Shown here: positions 18,209 to 26,654 of the stretch, piece by piece | Layout: each line of letters begins with the position of its first letter | Position numbering within the stretch: position 1 is the first letter of the stretch | Virus record (IMG/VR): IMGVR_UViG_3300011115_000173 | Location: 1-61,002 of that record | From: a virus | Lineage: Duplodnaviria; Caudoviricetes | DNA length: 61,002 nucleotides | Direction: 5' to 3' (one strand) | Position numbers and translations under genes: made by a program | The notes under the pieces: model-generated | The model's database searches: none | Told to the model about the DNA's origin: nothing | Seen by the model: only the letters and a program-made list of their open reading frames with translations

Positions 18209-18225
18209 CGGGTCACAGTGACCCG
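18209..18225. repeat. 17-bp palindrome CGGGTCAC-N-GTGACCCG, copy 1 of 6
   Basis: Other copies at 18632-18648, 18701-18717 (degenerate), 19391-19407, 20651-20667 and 21846-21862. Confidence 0.9.
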
Positions 18226-18244
18226 AACCTAAGAGGTAATTCAA

Positions 18245-18625
18245 ATGTCAACAGGAAACAAAGCACTGGCTTTCCAAACCCTCAACACCTTTGCAGATAG
18301 CAGGGTCGCACTCATCAGGGGGATGCGGGATGCGGGGTACACGTTGGAGACGGCACGCGGTGTCGTCATCGAATGGGCTTGCGGCAAGGTAGGTTCTGGC
18401 ATCAAGGGGTTCAAGGTCAACGAGGAGACGGGCAAGGTGTCGCTCATTACGAGCCATGCCAAGTACGAGAAAGCCAAGACCACGGTGCGCGACACCATGC
18501 TGATGCTGGCGGGGACAACCCGCCGCCAGTCCAGTAGCAAGGAGATTGACCTTGTTGCCGAGGCTCTCAAGGCATACGGCAAGCTCAATGCCGCGCAGAA
18601 GCGCAAGTTCTTGGCTTCTGTTTGA
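18245..18625 (+). CDS. First early protein, function unknown
   Basis: 126 aa; GAGG RBS; preceded by TACAAT at 18165-18170 and flanked by palindromes. Confidence 0.75.
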   Translation: MSTGNKALAFQTLNTFADSRVALIRGMRDAGYTLETARGVVIEWACGKVGSGIKGFKVNEETGKVSLITSHAKYEKAKTTVRDTMLMLAGTTRRQSSSKEIDLVAEALKAYGKLNAAQKRKFLASV

Positions 18626-18659
18626 TTCTTTCGGGTCACGGTGACCCGTTTTCTGTCCG

Positions 18660-18698
18660 CCGCCCTGCCAATCGGGTTGGGGCGGTATTCTTTTCTTT
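18660..18698 (+). terminator. Possible intrinsic terminator/attenuator
   Basis: Bulged CCGCC/GGCGG and CCAA/TTGG stem followed by TATTCTTTTCTTT. Confidence 0.45.
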
Positions 18699-18815
18699 GT
18701 CTAGTCACTGTGACCCGAAAACGGTTCTACCCTGAAGCACAGCACGCTGTGCTTTGGAGTGCGACCAGCACGACCGCACCGGACGGTATCCGGAATCCTT
18801 AATGGAGATAGCAAT

Positions 18816-19154
18816 ATGTTCAAACTCAACCTGTTTACCCGGCTAACCCACCGCTACGCGGACGGCTGGCGACACCTCGACGACGAGGAATTTACTGGCA
18901 CGGTCAAGGTGCTGGGCATCACACACGAGACCGAGGACGGGGGCTACGATGACGGCGGGACTGCCCGCTTCCGGGTGGTTGCGCCCTCGGCGCTCAAGGG
19001 AGCAGACCTGTCCCAGTCCATACGCCAGACGCTCAGCGGCAGTGGATGCCGTCATGAGTACGACTGCTGCGGCTGCGCCTCGACACGGGCTAGCGTCAAG
19101 CGTGTCAGCCCCAGAGAGTACGCCGTCAAAGTTTCCATCAGCTACAACTACTAG
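18816..19154 (+). CDS. Early hypothetical protein with Cys/His cluster
   Basis: GGAGA RBS, start MFKLN; CRHEYDCCGC motif. Confidence 0.75.
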   Translation: MFKLNLFTRLTHRYADGWRHLDDEEFTGTVKVLGITHETEDGGYDDGGTARFRVVAPSALKGADLSQSIRQTLSGSGCRHEYDCCGCASTRASVKRVSPREYAVKVSISYNY

Positions 19155-19164
19155 GAGAAATGAA

Positions 19165-19386
19165 ATGAGAAAAGCAACCCGGACAATCGTCCACGTAGGC
19201 ACTATCCAAACCCCGTCAGGGGCATGGAATCTGTACGACCAGTACCCCACCAGCAGGCGCGACTTCAAGATAACCTCGGCGGTTCCTGTGGGCAAGCCCA
19301 CGCAGGGTATCGCCTTCACTTGTGACCTCGCCTTCGAGCGCTGGCTGGCTGAGCGCATGACCCCGACTCAACGGGTGTTGTTCTGA
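19165..19386 (+). CDS. Early hypothetical protein
   Basis: AGGAGAA RBS, start MRKATRT. Confidence 0.65.
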   Translation: MRKATRTIVHVGTIQTPSGAWNLYDQYPTSRRDFKITSAVPVGKPTQGIAFTCDLAFERWLAERMTPTQRVLF

Positions 19387-19438
19387 AATTCGGGTCACGG
19401 TGACCCGCTTGCAGCGCGGAACAACCGAAATGCAAACG

Positions 19439-19820
19439 TGGTATATCAGTCGGGCAAGAAGTGTTGTATAAAAACCACTGTCCGGGGTGTCCACTGATAT
19501 ACCAGATTCATTTTCAAATACGGACACGCGCAACCCGCATGGATGCTAACGTCTGGGGGTTTAGTGTCCGTACTACTACTAAATATTTTTATTATTATAT
19601 ATAGTATAGAGAGTGTATATATTTTTTCTTCCGCGCTTGTTTTCTTTCTTGCTTTTAAGCTTTGGCTAGCTCCTTCTGTATGGCGAACAGTACTTCGGAC
19701 ACAAACTTCGAAAAGCTAGTATCCATGCGGGTTGCGCGTGTCCAAAAACGGGAATAGAATTGGTATTTAAATGGACAGTTCAAAAAAGCTGGACACTTTC
19801 GTAACCCAACTCTGGTATAT
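19439..19820. other. Candidate replication origin
   Basis: Non-coding; perfect 23-bp inverted repeat (19522-44/19721-43) around an AT-rich core; multiple GGACA/TGTCC pentamers. Confidence 0.55.
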
Positions 19821-19823
19821 AGC

Positions 19824-20663
19824 ATGAAATACCCCAAAAGCTTCTACAGTATGTCGGTCGCTGCCATGCGCAGCTACCTCATAAAACGCAACGTGCCCCC
19901 CGAGCTTATCGATGGGCTAATCACCGAAGAGCAGACCAGACGCGATGAGACGCGCCCCTTGCGCAAGAAGCGTGAGCAGCACATCAGGCTATGGCATCAG
20001 ATAATCGACCCGGCTGTGGCCGAGCTACGCAACGTGCAGCATATGCTGCGACTACCCCTGCTGTACCCTACACCTGAACGCACCGCTGCGCTCGAAGCCT
20101 ATGCCAAGGTGCTCGAACTGCTCATCGACAAGCTCAAGCAGAACGTGGACAAGATAAAGCGCAGCGATGCCGATACCGCTGACGACCTCCTGACCCCTAG
20201 CAGGCAGGCTAGCAAACCCACACGGGCATTCCCACACGGCAAGCCCAACGGGGGAACGCATTGGGTGGACTACGTGCCGCCCAACATCGTCCGGGAGATA
20301 AACGCCCTGTTCGACTCGATTCCCCGAGTAAAGGGGGTCAAGCGCAAGTACCCCTTCCTTGTCGTACTTGACCGAGCCACCAGCGCTAAACGTAGGCAAG
20401 CCCTGACCGAGCGTACACAAAACGAGCTGACCCACGTCGAGCGTCTCCTCGCGGTCGAGCTTGCCGATGCTAGGTTGACCGACACCCATGTGTTCAAGCA
20501 GCAGGAGATAGCTGACCTGCGCATCCAGATAAGCAAGATGCAGTACGCCCTGCACATCATCAGCCTGCTGCCCCCGAACGCCTTCATACCCCCGACATGG
20601 CACGGGGTGATGACCCCACGCACAGCACCGGGCGAGTTCCCTATCAACAAAGGGTCACAGTGA
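19824..20663 (+). CDS. Early hypothetical protein
   Basis: 279-aa basic helical ORF; its stop codon lies inside a palindrome copy. Confidence 0.7.
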   Translation: MKYPKSFYSMSVAAMRSYLIKRNVPPELIDGLITEEQTRRDETRPLRKKREQHIRLWHQIIDPAVAELRNVQHMLRLPLLYPTPERTAALEAYAKVLELLIDKLKQNVDKIKRSDADTADDLLTPSRQASKPTRAFPHGKPNGGTHWVDYVPPNIVREINALFDSIPRVKGVKRKYPFLVVLDRATSAKRRQALTERTQNELTHVERLLAVELADARLTDTHVFKQQEIADLRIQISKMQYALHIISLLPPNAFIPPTWHGVMTPRTAPGEFPINKGSQ

Positions 20664-20718
20664 CCCGAAACCAAAACGGTCAGCAGCCTGCCGTCTCAGG
20701 CTGCACATTAATTGGAGA
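20652..20718 (+). repeat. 67-bp palindrome-hairpin-RBS cassette, copy 1
   Basis: Identical to 21847-21913. Confidence 0.95.
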
Positions 20719-20724
20719 AGAGAA

Positions 20725-21842
20725 ATGACCAAAGAGAAACTTATCAACCGCGTTCTAGCGCAAATGCAGCGCGACATAGACGCACAAGACTGGACGGCAA
20801 TCGAGGGGCTGCTTGCCCACACACCGGAGCAGCACCTGCAAGGGTTTCTGTCTGAGTTCGAACAAGAGCGCGAGGACACGCCGCGCTCCACCTACATGTC
20901 AGCGAGGGAGTCAGCCATCGATGAGCAAGCCGCTGAGTATGACGATATGTTTGACGAACAAGGAGACGAGAAATGAAGTTTGCTTACATCCCCAAGGGGG
21001 ACTACCGCATCGGGCAGGTCTTGCAAGTACACGGCAAGCCCATGCGTGTCGAGAGCTTTTCATATACAGGCAAGAATTTTAGAGCGACAACACTTGAGGG
21101 AGCGCCGGACTTCGAGCGCATCGTCTGTATCTGCACTGATGAACAACCAATCGAGGAGAAGAGAAATGACTGACTTTGAGTTTTACTTCTTGATGATTGT
21201 CATCAAGGTATGTGCGCTTGCTGCGCTGGTCGTCCCGTATTACTTTAACTAAGGAGAAGAGAGATGCAAGTTTATTCTGTGCTGGAAGACCACCTGTGTG
21301 ACGACCACTACTACAAGGCAAGCCCCCACACTGTCGCCATCTACGCAACCAAAAAAGCCGCGCAGCTTGCCGTAGCTAGGTACAAGAGGGAATGCAAACG
21401 CAAGCTTGAGAAAAGCGAAGAAGAAAACACGCGCACCATTGACGGGGTAGTGTACCGCTCGATGGACTTGGAGTACGTGAAGTGCAACACATACAGGTAT
21501 GTGCCCAAGGATAAGTACGACTACAGCGCGATGTGGGAACGCTACCCCGAGCGCTGGATTAAAGAAGACGCAGTGATTGAATAACCAAAGGAGAACGACA
21601 TGGCACAAATGAAATTTTCAAACGGCGCTTGGCACTTGAGCGATGACTGGTCTATCGAGGACGTGCGTAACGTCATCGACTGCGACAACATCGAGGACGC
21701 AGAAGACTTCACGGACGAGGACTGCGTGAGGGTACTTGAGCTGGTGGTCGATGCGTTCGATGCCAACATCGGCGTTAACTGGGAGGTCATCGGCGCAGCC
21801 GTTGACATGGTGGTTCAAGACAAACAAAGGGCGCTGAAATAA
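20725..21842 (+). other. Five small early CDS (20725-20976, 20973-21173, 21166-21252, 21264-21584, 21600-21842)
   Basis: Each is preceded by an RBS containing GGAGA; tightly packed between the two 67-bp repeats. Confidence 0.7.
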
Positions 21843-21846
21843 AACC

Positions 21847-21913
21847 GGGTCACAGTGACCCGAAACCAAAACGGTCAGCAGCCTGCCGTCTCAGGCTGCA
21901 CATTAATTGGAGA
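21847..21913 (+). repeat. 67-bp palindrome-hairpin-RBS cassette, copy 2
   Basis: Identical to 20652-20718. Confidence 0.95.
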
Positions 21914-21919
21914 TACAAC

Positions 21920-23374
21920 ATGAACATAGGCACATCAGAAAAAGCCATCAACTTCTGCCGAGCAGCAGAAATAGTCTGGCACACTCGCATCTGGCATCAA
22001 AACCTACAGCGCAAGCACAACCTGCACCCCGCAGTCGAGTACGCCTTCAGTCTCGCTGACCCGCAGGACTGGCAGCGCTTGCTGCTGGAGTGGCCTCACG
22101 TAGCGGAGACGGATGAAACCCGCGCGGCCTACACACGGGACGAGCGGGCAGGCGTGGACGACAAGCAGACGCTGACCAGTCTGGGCAAGTACATCAAGCG
22201 GCACTGGCCGGATATGCCTGACCACATCATCCGGGACATGGTTGCCAAGTACGGCACGGCATCTAGCTTTCGCATCGAGCACACCACCGAGGCCATCGTC
22301 AGGGCGGTGTAGGAGGGGCCATCGTCTTGCATGAAGTTCGTTGACGATGATGGTAACGAAGACTACATCGATGAGCTGGGGCATCACCCCTATGAGACAT
22401 ACGCTCCGAAGTATGGCTGGCACATTGCCACACGTATCATGCACAACAGTATCGTGGGCAGGGCGCTACTCATGCAGCGCAACAATGATGCAAGCAAACC
22501 CAAGTACTTCGTGCGTACCTACAGACATCGCGATGGCGAGACGTACTCGCAGCCCGATGACGAGCTGATTCAGTGGCTCATCGGGCAGGGGTATGAGTAC
22601 CAATGCTCTTGGCTGGGTGAGCGGCTGGCGCTCCTGTCCAGCAATCACAGAAACGCGGAGTTCATTGCCCCGTACATCGACGGTGGTGCGCAGGAGGTGG
22701 ACATTGACCATGGCTACCTCAACCCATCAGACCAGCAGCGCACCAAGTGCCTCGTCATCACAAACAGCGGCGAGTATCGATGCTGCAACACGGACGGTAC
22801 GCCGGACGAGAACAACAGTTGCGCCTGTGCAGATTGCGGTAGACGTGTACATGAGGACGACACACGCCACATCGGCTACCACTCGGACAGGATGGTGGGT
22901 GACTGCTGCATCGATGCCTACACATATGTCACTGGGCGCAGGAGCAGTGAATACTACATCTCCGACGACAATGCTGTGGAGGTGGACGGCAAATACTACG
23001 ACGAAGAGTATCTTGAGGATAACGGCATCGTGACGCTGCACGATGGGAAGTATGCGCTGGCTGACAACTCGGTGTATGTCGAGAGCAAGTCAGATTTCTA
23101 CCTACTTGATGACTGCGTGTGCCTACCCGATGGCGAGTACGAGGTAGCCGAGGACTGCGTGGAGCTGCACGATGGTAACTGGGCGCTGATTGATGACTGC
23201 GTGGAGCTAGCCAACGGTTGGTGGGTGCTGGAGGAGGATGCGTGGGAGTGTGCCGGGTCAGGCAAGTGGTATCTCAAGGACGAGGAGCTGGCGGTGCTCG
23301 TCAACGGTGAGCTTTACCACGCGGCCTATGCTCCCAAAAATACAATTGAAGTAACCAAGGAAGTATCATGCTAA
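21920..23374 (+). pseudogene. Early gene interrupted by one in-frame TAG (or two adjacent CDS)
   Basis: ORFs 21920-22312 and 22331-23374 are in the same frame, joined by RAV*EGPSSCMK; C-terminal CxxC and CVxLxDGxW/Y repeats. Confidence 0.55.
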
Positions 23375-24495
23375 ACAAGAAGACGATTCTCTACAAGACG
23401 CTGGCGCGTGCGCTCTCCATGAAGCGGCCACACGCAACGGCATCGACACGGGCATTCACGGACTGGCTGCATACGCACCTGCCCCGTCTCCCACACATTG
23501 CGGTCAGCTATGACGCGGTGGGTAACCTGCACGTTGATGCAAGGCAAGACCTGCTCAGCCGCACGCTGTTCGTAGCGCACGTTGACACGGTGCATCGGGA
23601 GGAGGGGTCAAACCGTTTCAGGAAGACGCGGGGTATGTGGTATGCCGATGGTGCGCCCCTTGGCGCTGATGATGGTGCGGGATGCGCATTACTTATGCAC
23701 TTGATTCATGCGCAAGTGCCGGGGTATTACATCTTCACGCAGGGCGAGGAGAAGGGGGGTATCGGTGCCAAGTACCTTGCCGACCATAGCAAGGAGCTGC
23801 TGGCTCAGTTCGACCGTGCCATTGCGTTCGACAGGCGGGGCATCGACAGCATCATCACGCATCAGGGCTGGGGTAGGTGCTGCTCGGATGACTTCGCTGC
23901 TGCGCTGTCCGACACGATGTGCGCTGACGAGGTGCTGATGTATCTGGGCGATGACACCGGGGTGTACACCGACACTGCCGAGTTTGTTGACATCATCCCC
24001 GAATGCACGAACATCAGCGTGGGCTACGACCACGAGCACTCAGACCGCGAGACGCTGGACTTGCACCACTTCAAAGCGCTGGCTGCTGCGGTGGTACGCA
24101 TCAAGTGGGACGAGCTGCCTACGGTACGTGACCCGGCTGTTGTGGAAGCGCCCAAGCACATCGACTGGCTCGGTGCGTACAAGACGCAGGCCAGCCCATT
24201 GTCAACCAAGTGGGACGGTGTGTGGGTCGATGATGAAGACGATGAGTACGATGCCACTACCCACAGCCTCATGGTGATGGACTGCATTGACGATGCGCTG
24301 CGCGGTATGTACCACGACTTGCTTGCGATGATTGCCCACACAGCGTACCCAGAAGACCCGGAGTTTGCGCTGCGGTTCTTGAACAAGCGGCTGCTGACTG
24401 ACGAGGTGCTTGAGAAAGCGCTGGACGACTGCGCTGTTTACGATGCCGATACTGTGCTGCTGTCCCTGTTCGATGCAGCGCACTGCGAGGTCTGA
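23368..24495 (+). CDS. Zn-dependent exopeptidase-fold protein (M28/M20-like)
   Basis: AHVDTVH, LGADDGAG, GEEKGGIG, AFDRRG, TDT and GYDHEH metal-ligand pattern. Confidence 0.8.
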   Translation: MLNKKTILYKTLARALSMKRPHATASTRAFTDWLHTHLPRLPHIAVSYDAVGNLHVDARQDLLSRTLFVAHVDTVHREEGSNRFRKTRGMWYADGAPLGADDGAGCALLMHLIHAQVPGYYIFTQGEEKGGIGAKYLADHSKELLAQFDRAIAFDRRGIDSIITHQGWGRCCSDDFAAALSDTMCADEVLMYLGDDTGVYTDTAEFVDIIPECTNISVGYDHEHSDRETLDLHHFKALAAAVVRIKWDELPTVRDPAVVEAPKHIDWLGAYKTQASPLSTKWDGVWVDDEDDEYDATTHSLMVMDCIDDALRGMYHDLLAMIAHTAYPEDPEFALRFLNKRLLTDEVLEKALDDCAVYDADTVLLSLFDAAHCEV

Positions 24496-24524
24496 CTTTG
24501 GATATCGGTATTCACCGTTGGAAA

Positions 24525-24567
24525 CGGTTTGCAGCCTGCCGTCTCAGGCTGCGCATTAATTGGAGAA
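24525..24567 (+). repeat. 43-bp hairpin-RBS cassette, copy 3
   Basis: Identical to 24847-24889; shares the GCAGCCTGCCGTCTCAGGCTGC..ATTAATTGGAGA core with the 67-bp repeat. Confidence 0.95.
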
Positions 24568-24572
24568 ACAAC

Positions 24573-24839
24573 ATGACTATTAAATTGAGAAAAGCAAAAG
24601 AGACCGCAATCAACCCAGACCACATGCCGAAGGACACACACTTCTACGCAGCCAGCGTAGCGGACTGGGCGACAACGAACGATACGCGTGACTTGCGTGC
24701 GCTCATCAAGCTGATGGAGAAGTTCGGCTACTCATACAACTTGTGGCTCGTGCCCCTGCCGTTTAACGCGGACTACGACATCAAGATGTACCAGCCCCAA
24801 GTTAAAGGGGTGCAGTGGCTGGGTTACTACAAGGTATAG
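24573..24839 (+). CDS. Early hypothetical protein
   Basis: Start MTIKLRK after the cassette RBS; bounded by two 43-bp repeats. Confidence 0.7.
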   Translation: MTIKLRKAKETAINPDHMPKDTHFYAASVADWATTNDTRDLRALIKLMEKFGYSYNLWLVPLPFNADYDIKMYQPQVKGVQWLGYYKV

Positions 24840-24846
24840 AGGTTAT

Positions 24847-24889
24847 CGGTTTGCAGCCTGCCGTCTCAGGCTGCGCATTAATTGGAGAA
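24847..24889 (+). repeat. 43-bp hairpin-RBS cassette, copy 4
   Basis: Identical to 24525-24567. Confidence 0.95.
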
Positions 24890-24893
24890 GTAA

Positions 24894-26574
24894 ATGAAAA
24901 CAGTAACGATAGGCTTTATGCGCGAGGACGGGGACATTCAAGTCCTTGCCACGCTGAACAACAACGACGACACCACAGACGAGGTGCATTTCAGACTGTT
25001 TGTTGCGGTCGTCAAATCAAATTGGCAGCGGCTCTCAGGAGAGAACGTCGAAGTGTTCGAGCGCCAAGATGCGCCGGACTATGTAACACCAGAAGGAGAA
25101 AGCAAAGTGAACGATATGAACGAAGACCAAACGCTCAAGGTAGCGCTCTTGATGGAGAGGGTAGGCGGCAGCTTCGCTGCGTCGATAGCTAAAGCATGGA
25201 TAGTGGGGGACAGCAGCAACAAACGACGGGTGTATGCCGCGTTCCCGGAACTGTTCGAGAAGTATGCGGCGTGGGTAAAGGAGGAGATTTGAAATGACTA
25301 TGCTCACACAACCAAACCAAATCGCACTGTTCCGCTTGATGACACTACGCGGTATGCTTTCTCTGGAGGTCAGAGGCATGACCCGCAGGGGTCGTTCGGC
25401 GTACGCCATCATCAACTCCTTGTTGGAGCTGAAGGATAAGAAAGCATGGGCGATGGTTCATCCATCGTTCGTCACATGGGCTCGCGAGAACCAGTACATG
25501 TTTGCTGGCCTCAAGGGATAAACCGACAATTTAAAGGATTAAAACCATGACTTACGATAAATTAATTACTTATTACGCTAATCAACGCACGCGCTTGCTG
25601 CGCGAATTACTGAGTCAAGATTACGGCAAATACCGCATCACGCGAAACAACGAAATTTACGTTTACGGAAAAATGCCGGGCAGTATTGTGATCGGCTGGC
25701 GGTTGCTGGGCACGCGCCGGGAAGTTGAAAACAATTATCAACTTTAAGTACTAACATGAGCAACAAGCACAGCTCGTACACCCCGGCAGAACGAGCTGGT
25801 GACCATGCGTTTGCGTACGACAGCAAAGACGTAGGGCGCAAGTTCTGGCTTGAGGTCGTGCAGATAATCCGCAAAACAGAGAAAGGAAACTGAAATGAAA
25901 ACGTACCAAGTAGAACTCAAGCGCGTCAGCTACGTGACCATGACCGTGGAGGCAGAGACCGAGGACGCAGCCGAGGATGCGGCGTGGGACGAACTTGCAT
26001 CAGACGGGAGCTGGAACGACAGCAATGCAAGTTGGACAGTAGAAAGTATTGAGGAGGATTCAAAATGAACGCACTTGACTACTGCCAACACGAGGGGCAA
26101 TACGCATGGTGGGAACACGATGCGCAAGGCATACCGCTATGCAAGGTGTGTGAGCTATGTGCTGCGCACAAGCTCAGCAAGTATCGGCCCGAGATTCTTG
26201 AGGGCTACGACCAGAGCGATGTAGATGAACCAATCGAGGAGAACTGAAATGAAACTGAAACCAGTAGAAGTTGTCGAGCGGGTAGTGCTGCTGCTTGCCA
26301 TGATTGTCGTAGCGCTTGACCTCTTAGTGTGGAGGCCGTGATGGATATCAACACCAAGCAAGGCATGGCTGCGGCCAAGGCATGGACGGAGCAGCTACTC
26401 AGTACGCTCAACGATGGGGGGACGTGGGCAGTGCCCCGGTCTGGCACCATCATTCGTTTCGACAAGGCGAACAAGAAGGCGCTGGTTATCCACCAGATGT
26501 CCCCGGACATATCCATAGAGCGCGTGCTGGAGGCTATGGGGTGGGAAATTACTTACAAAGATAGTGAGCACTAA
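24894..26574 (+). other. Eight small early CDS (24894-25292, 25294-25521, 25547-25747, 25756-25893, 25895-26068, 26065-26247, 26249-26341, 26341-26574)
   Basis: Head-to-tail ORFs, most with an RBS; three read directly from sequence because they fall below the ORF-track size cutoff. Confidence 0.65.
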
Positions 26575-26576
26575 CC

Positions 26577-26592
26577 TGTCTAATGGTGGACA
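26577..26592. promoter_or_regulatory. Palindromic operator-like site 2
   Basis: TGTCTA-ATGG-TGGACA in an 80-bp intergenic gap. Confidence 0.55.
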
Positions 26593-26654
26593 ATAAGTGC
26601 CTATAAATGTGATACGGGAACGGTGTTCCCTATCAACAAAACAAGGAGAAAGCA

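Noticed and set aside
22310-22312. Genome-wide TAG reassignment
   Set aside because: Only one interrupted gene; long Gln-rich genes contain no internal TAG; TAG ends several genes (3598, 19154, 24839); no suppressor tRNA seen.
18209-24889. CRISPR array or integron cassette array
   Set aside because: Repeats are irregularly spaced, mostly by whole genes; no cas1/cas2 or integron integrase; no attC-type GTTRRRY organisation recognised.
20635-26640. 16-bp repeat GTTCCCTATCAACAAA near 20636 and 26625
   Set aside because: Only two short copies and no function can be supported; possibly a recombination scar.
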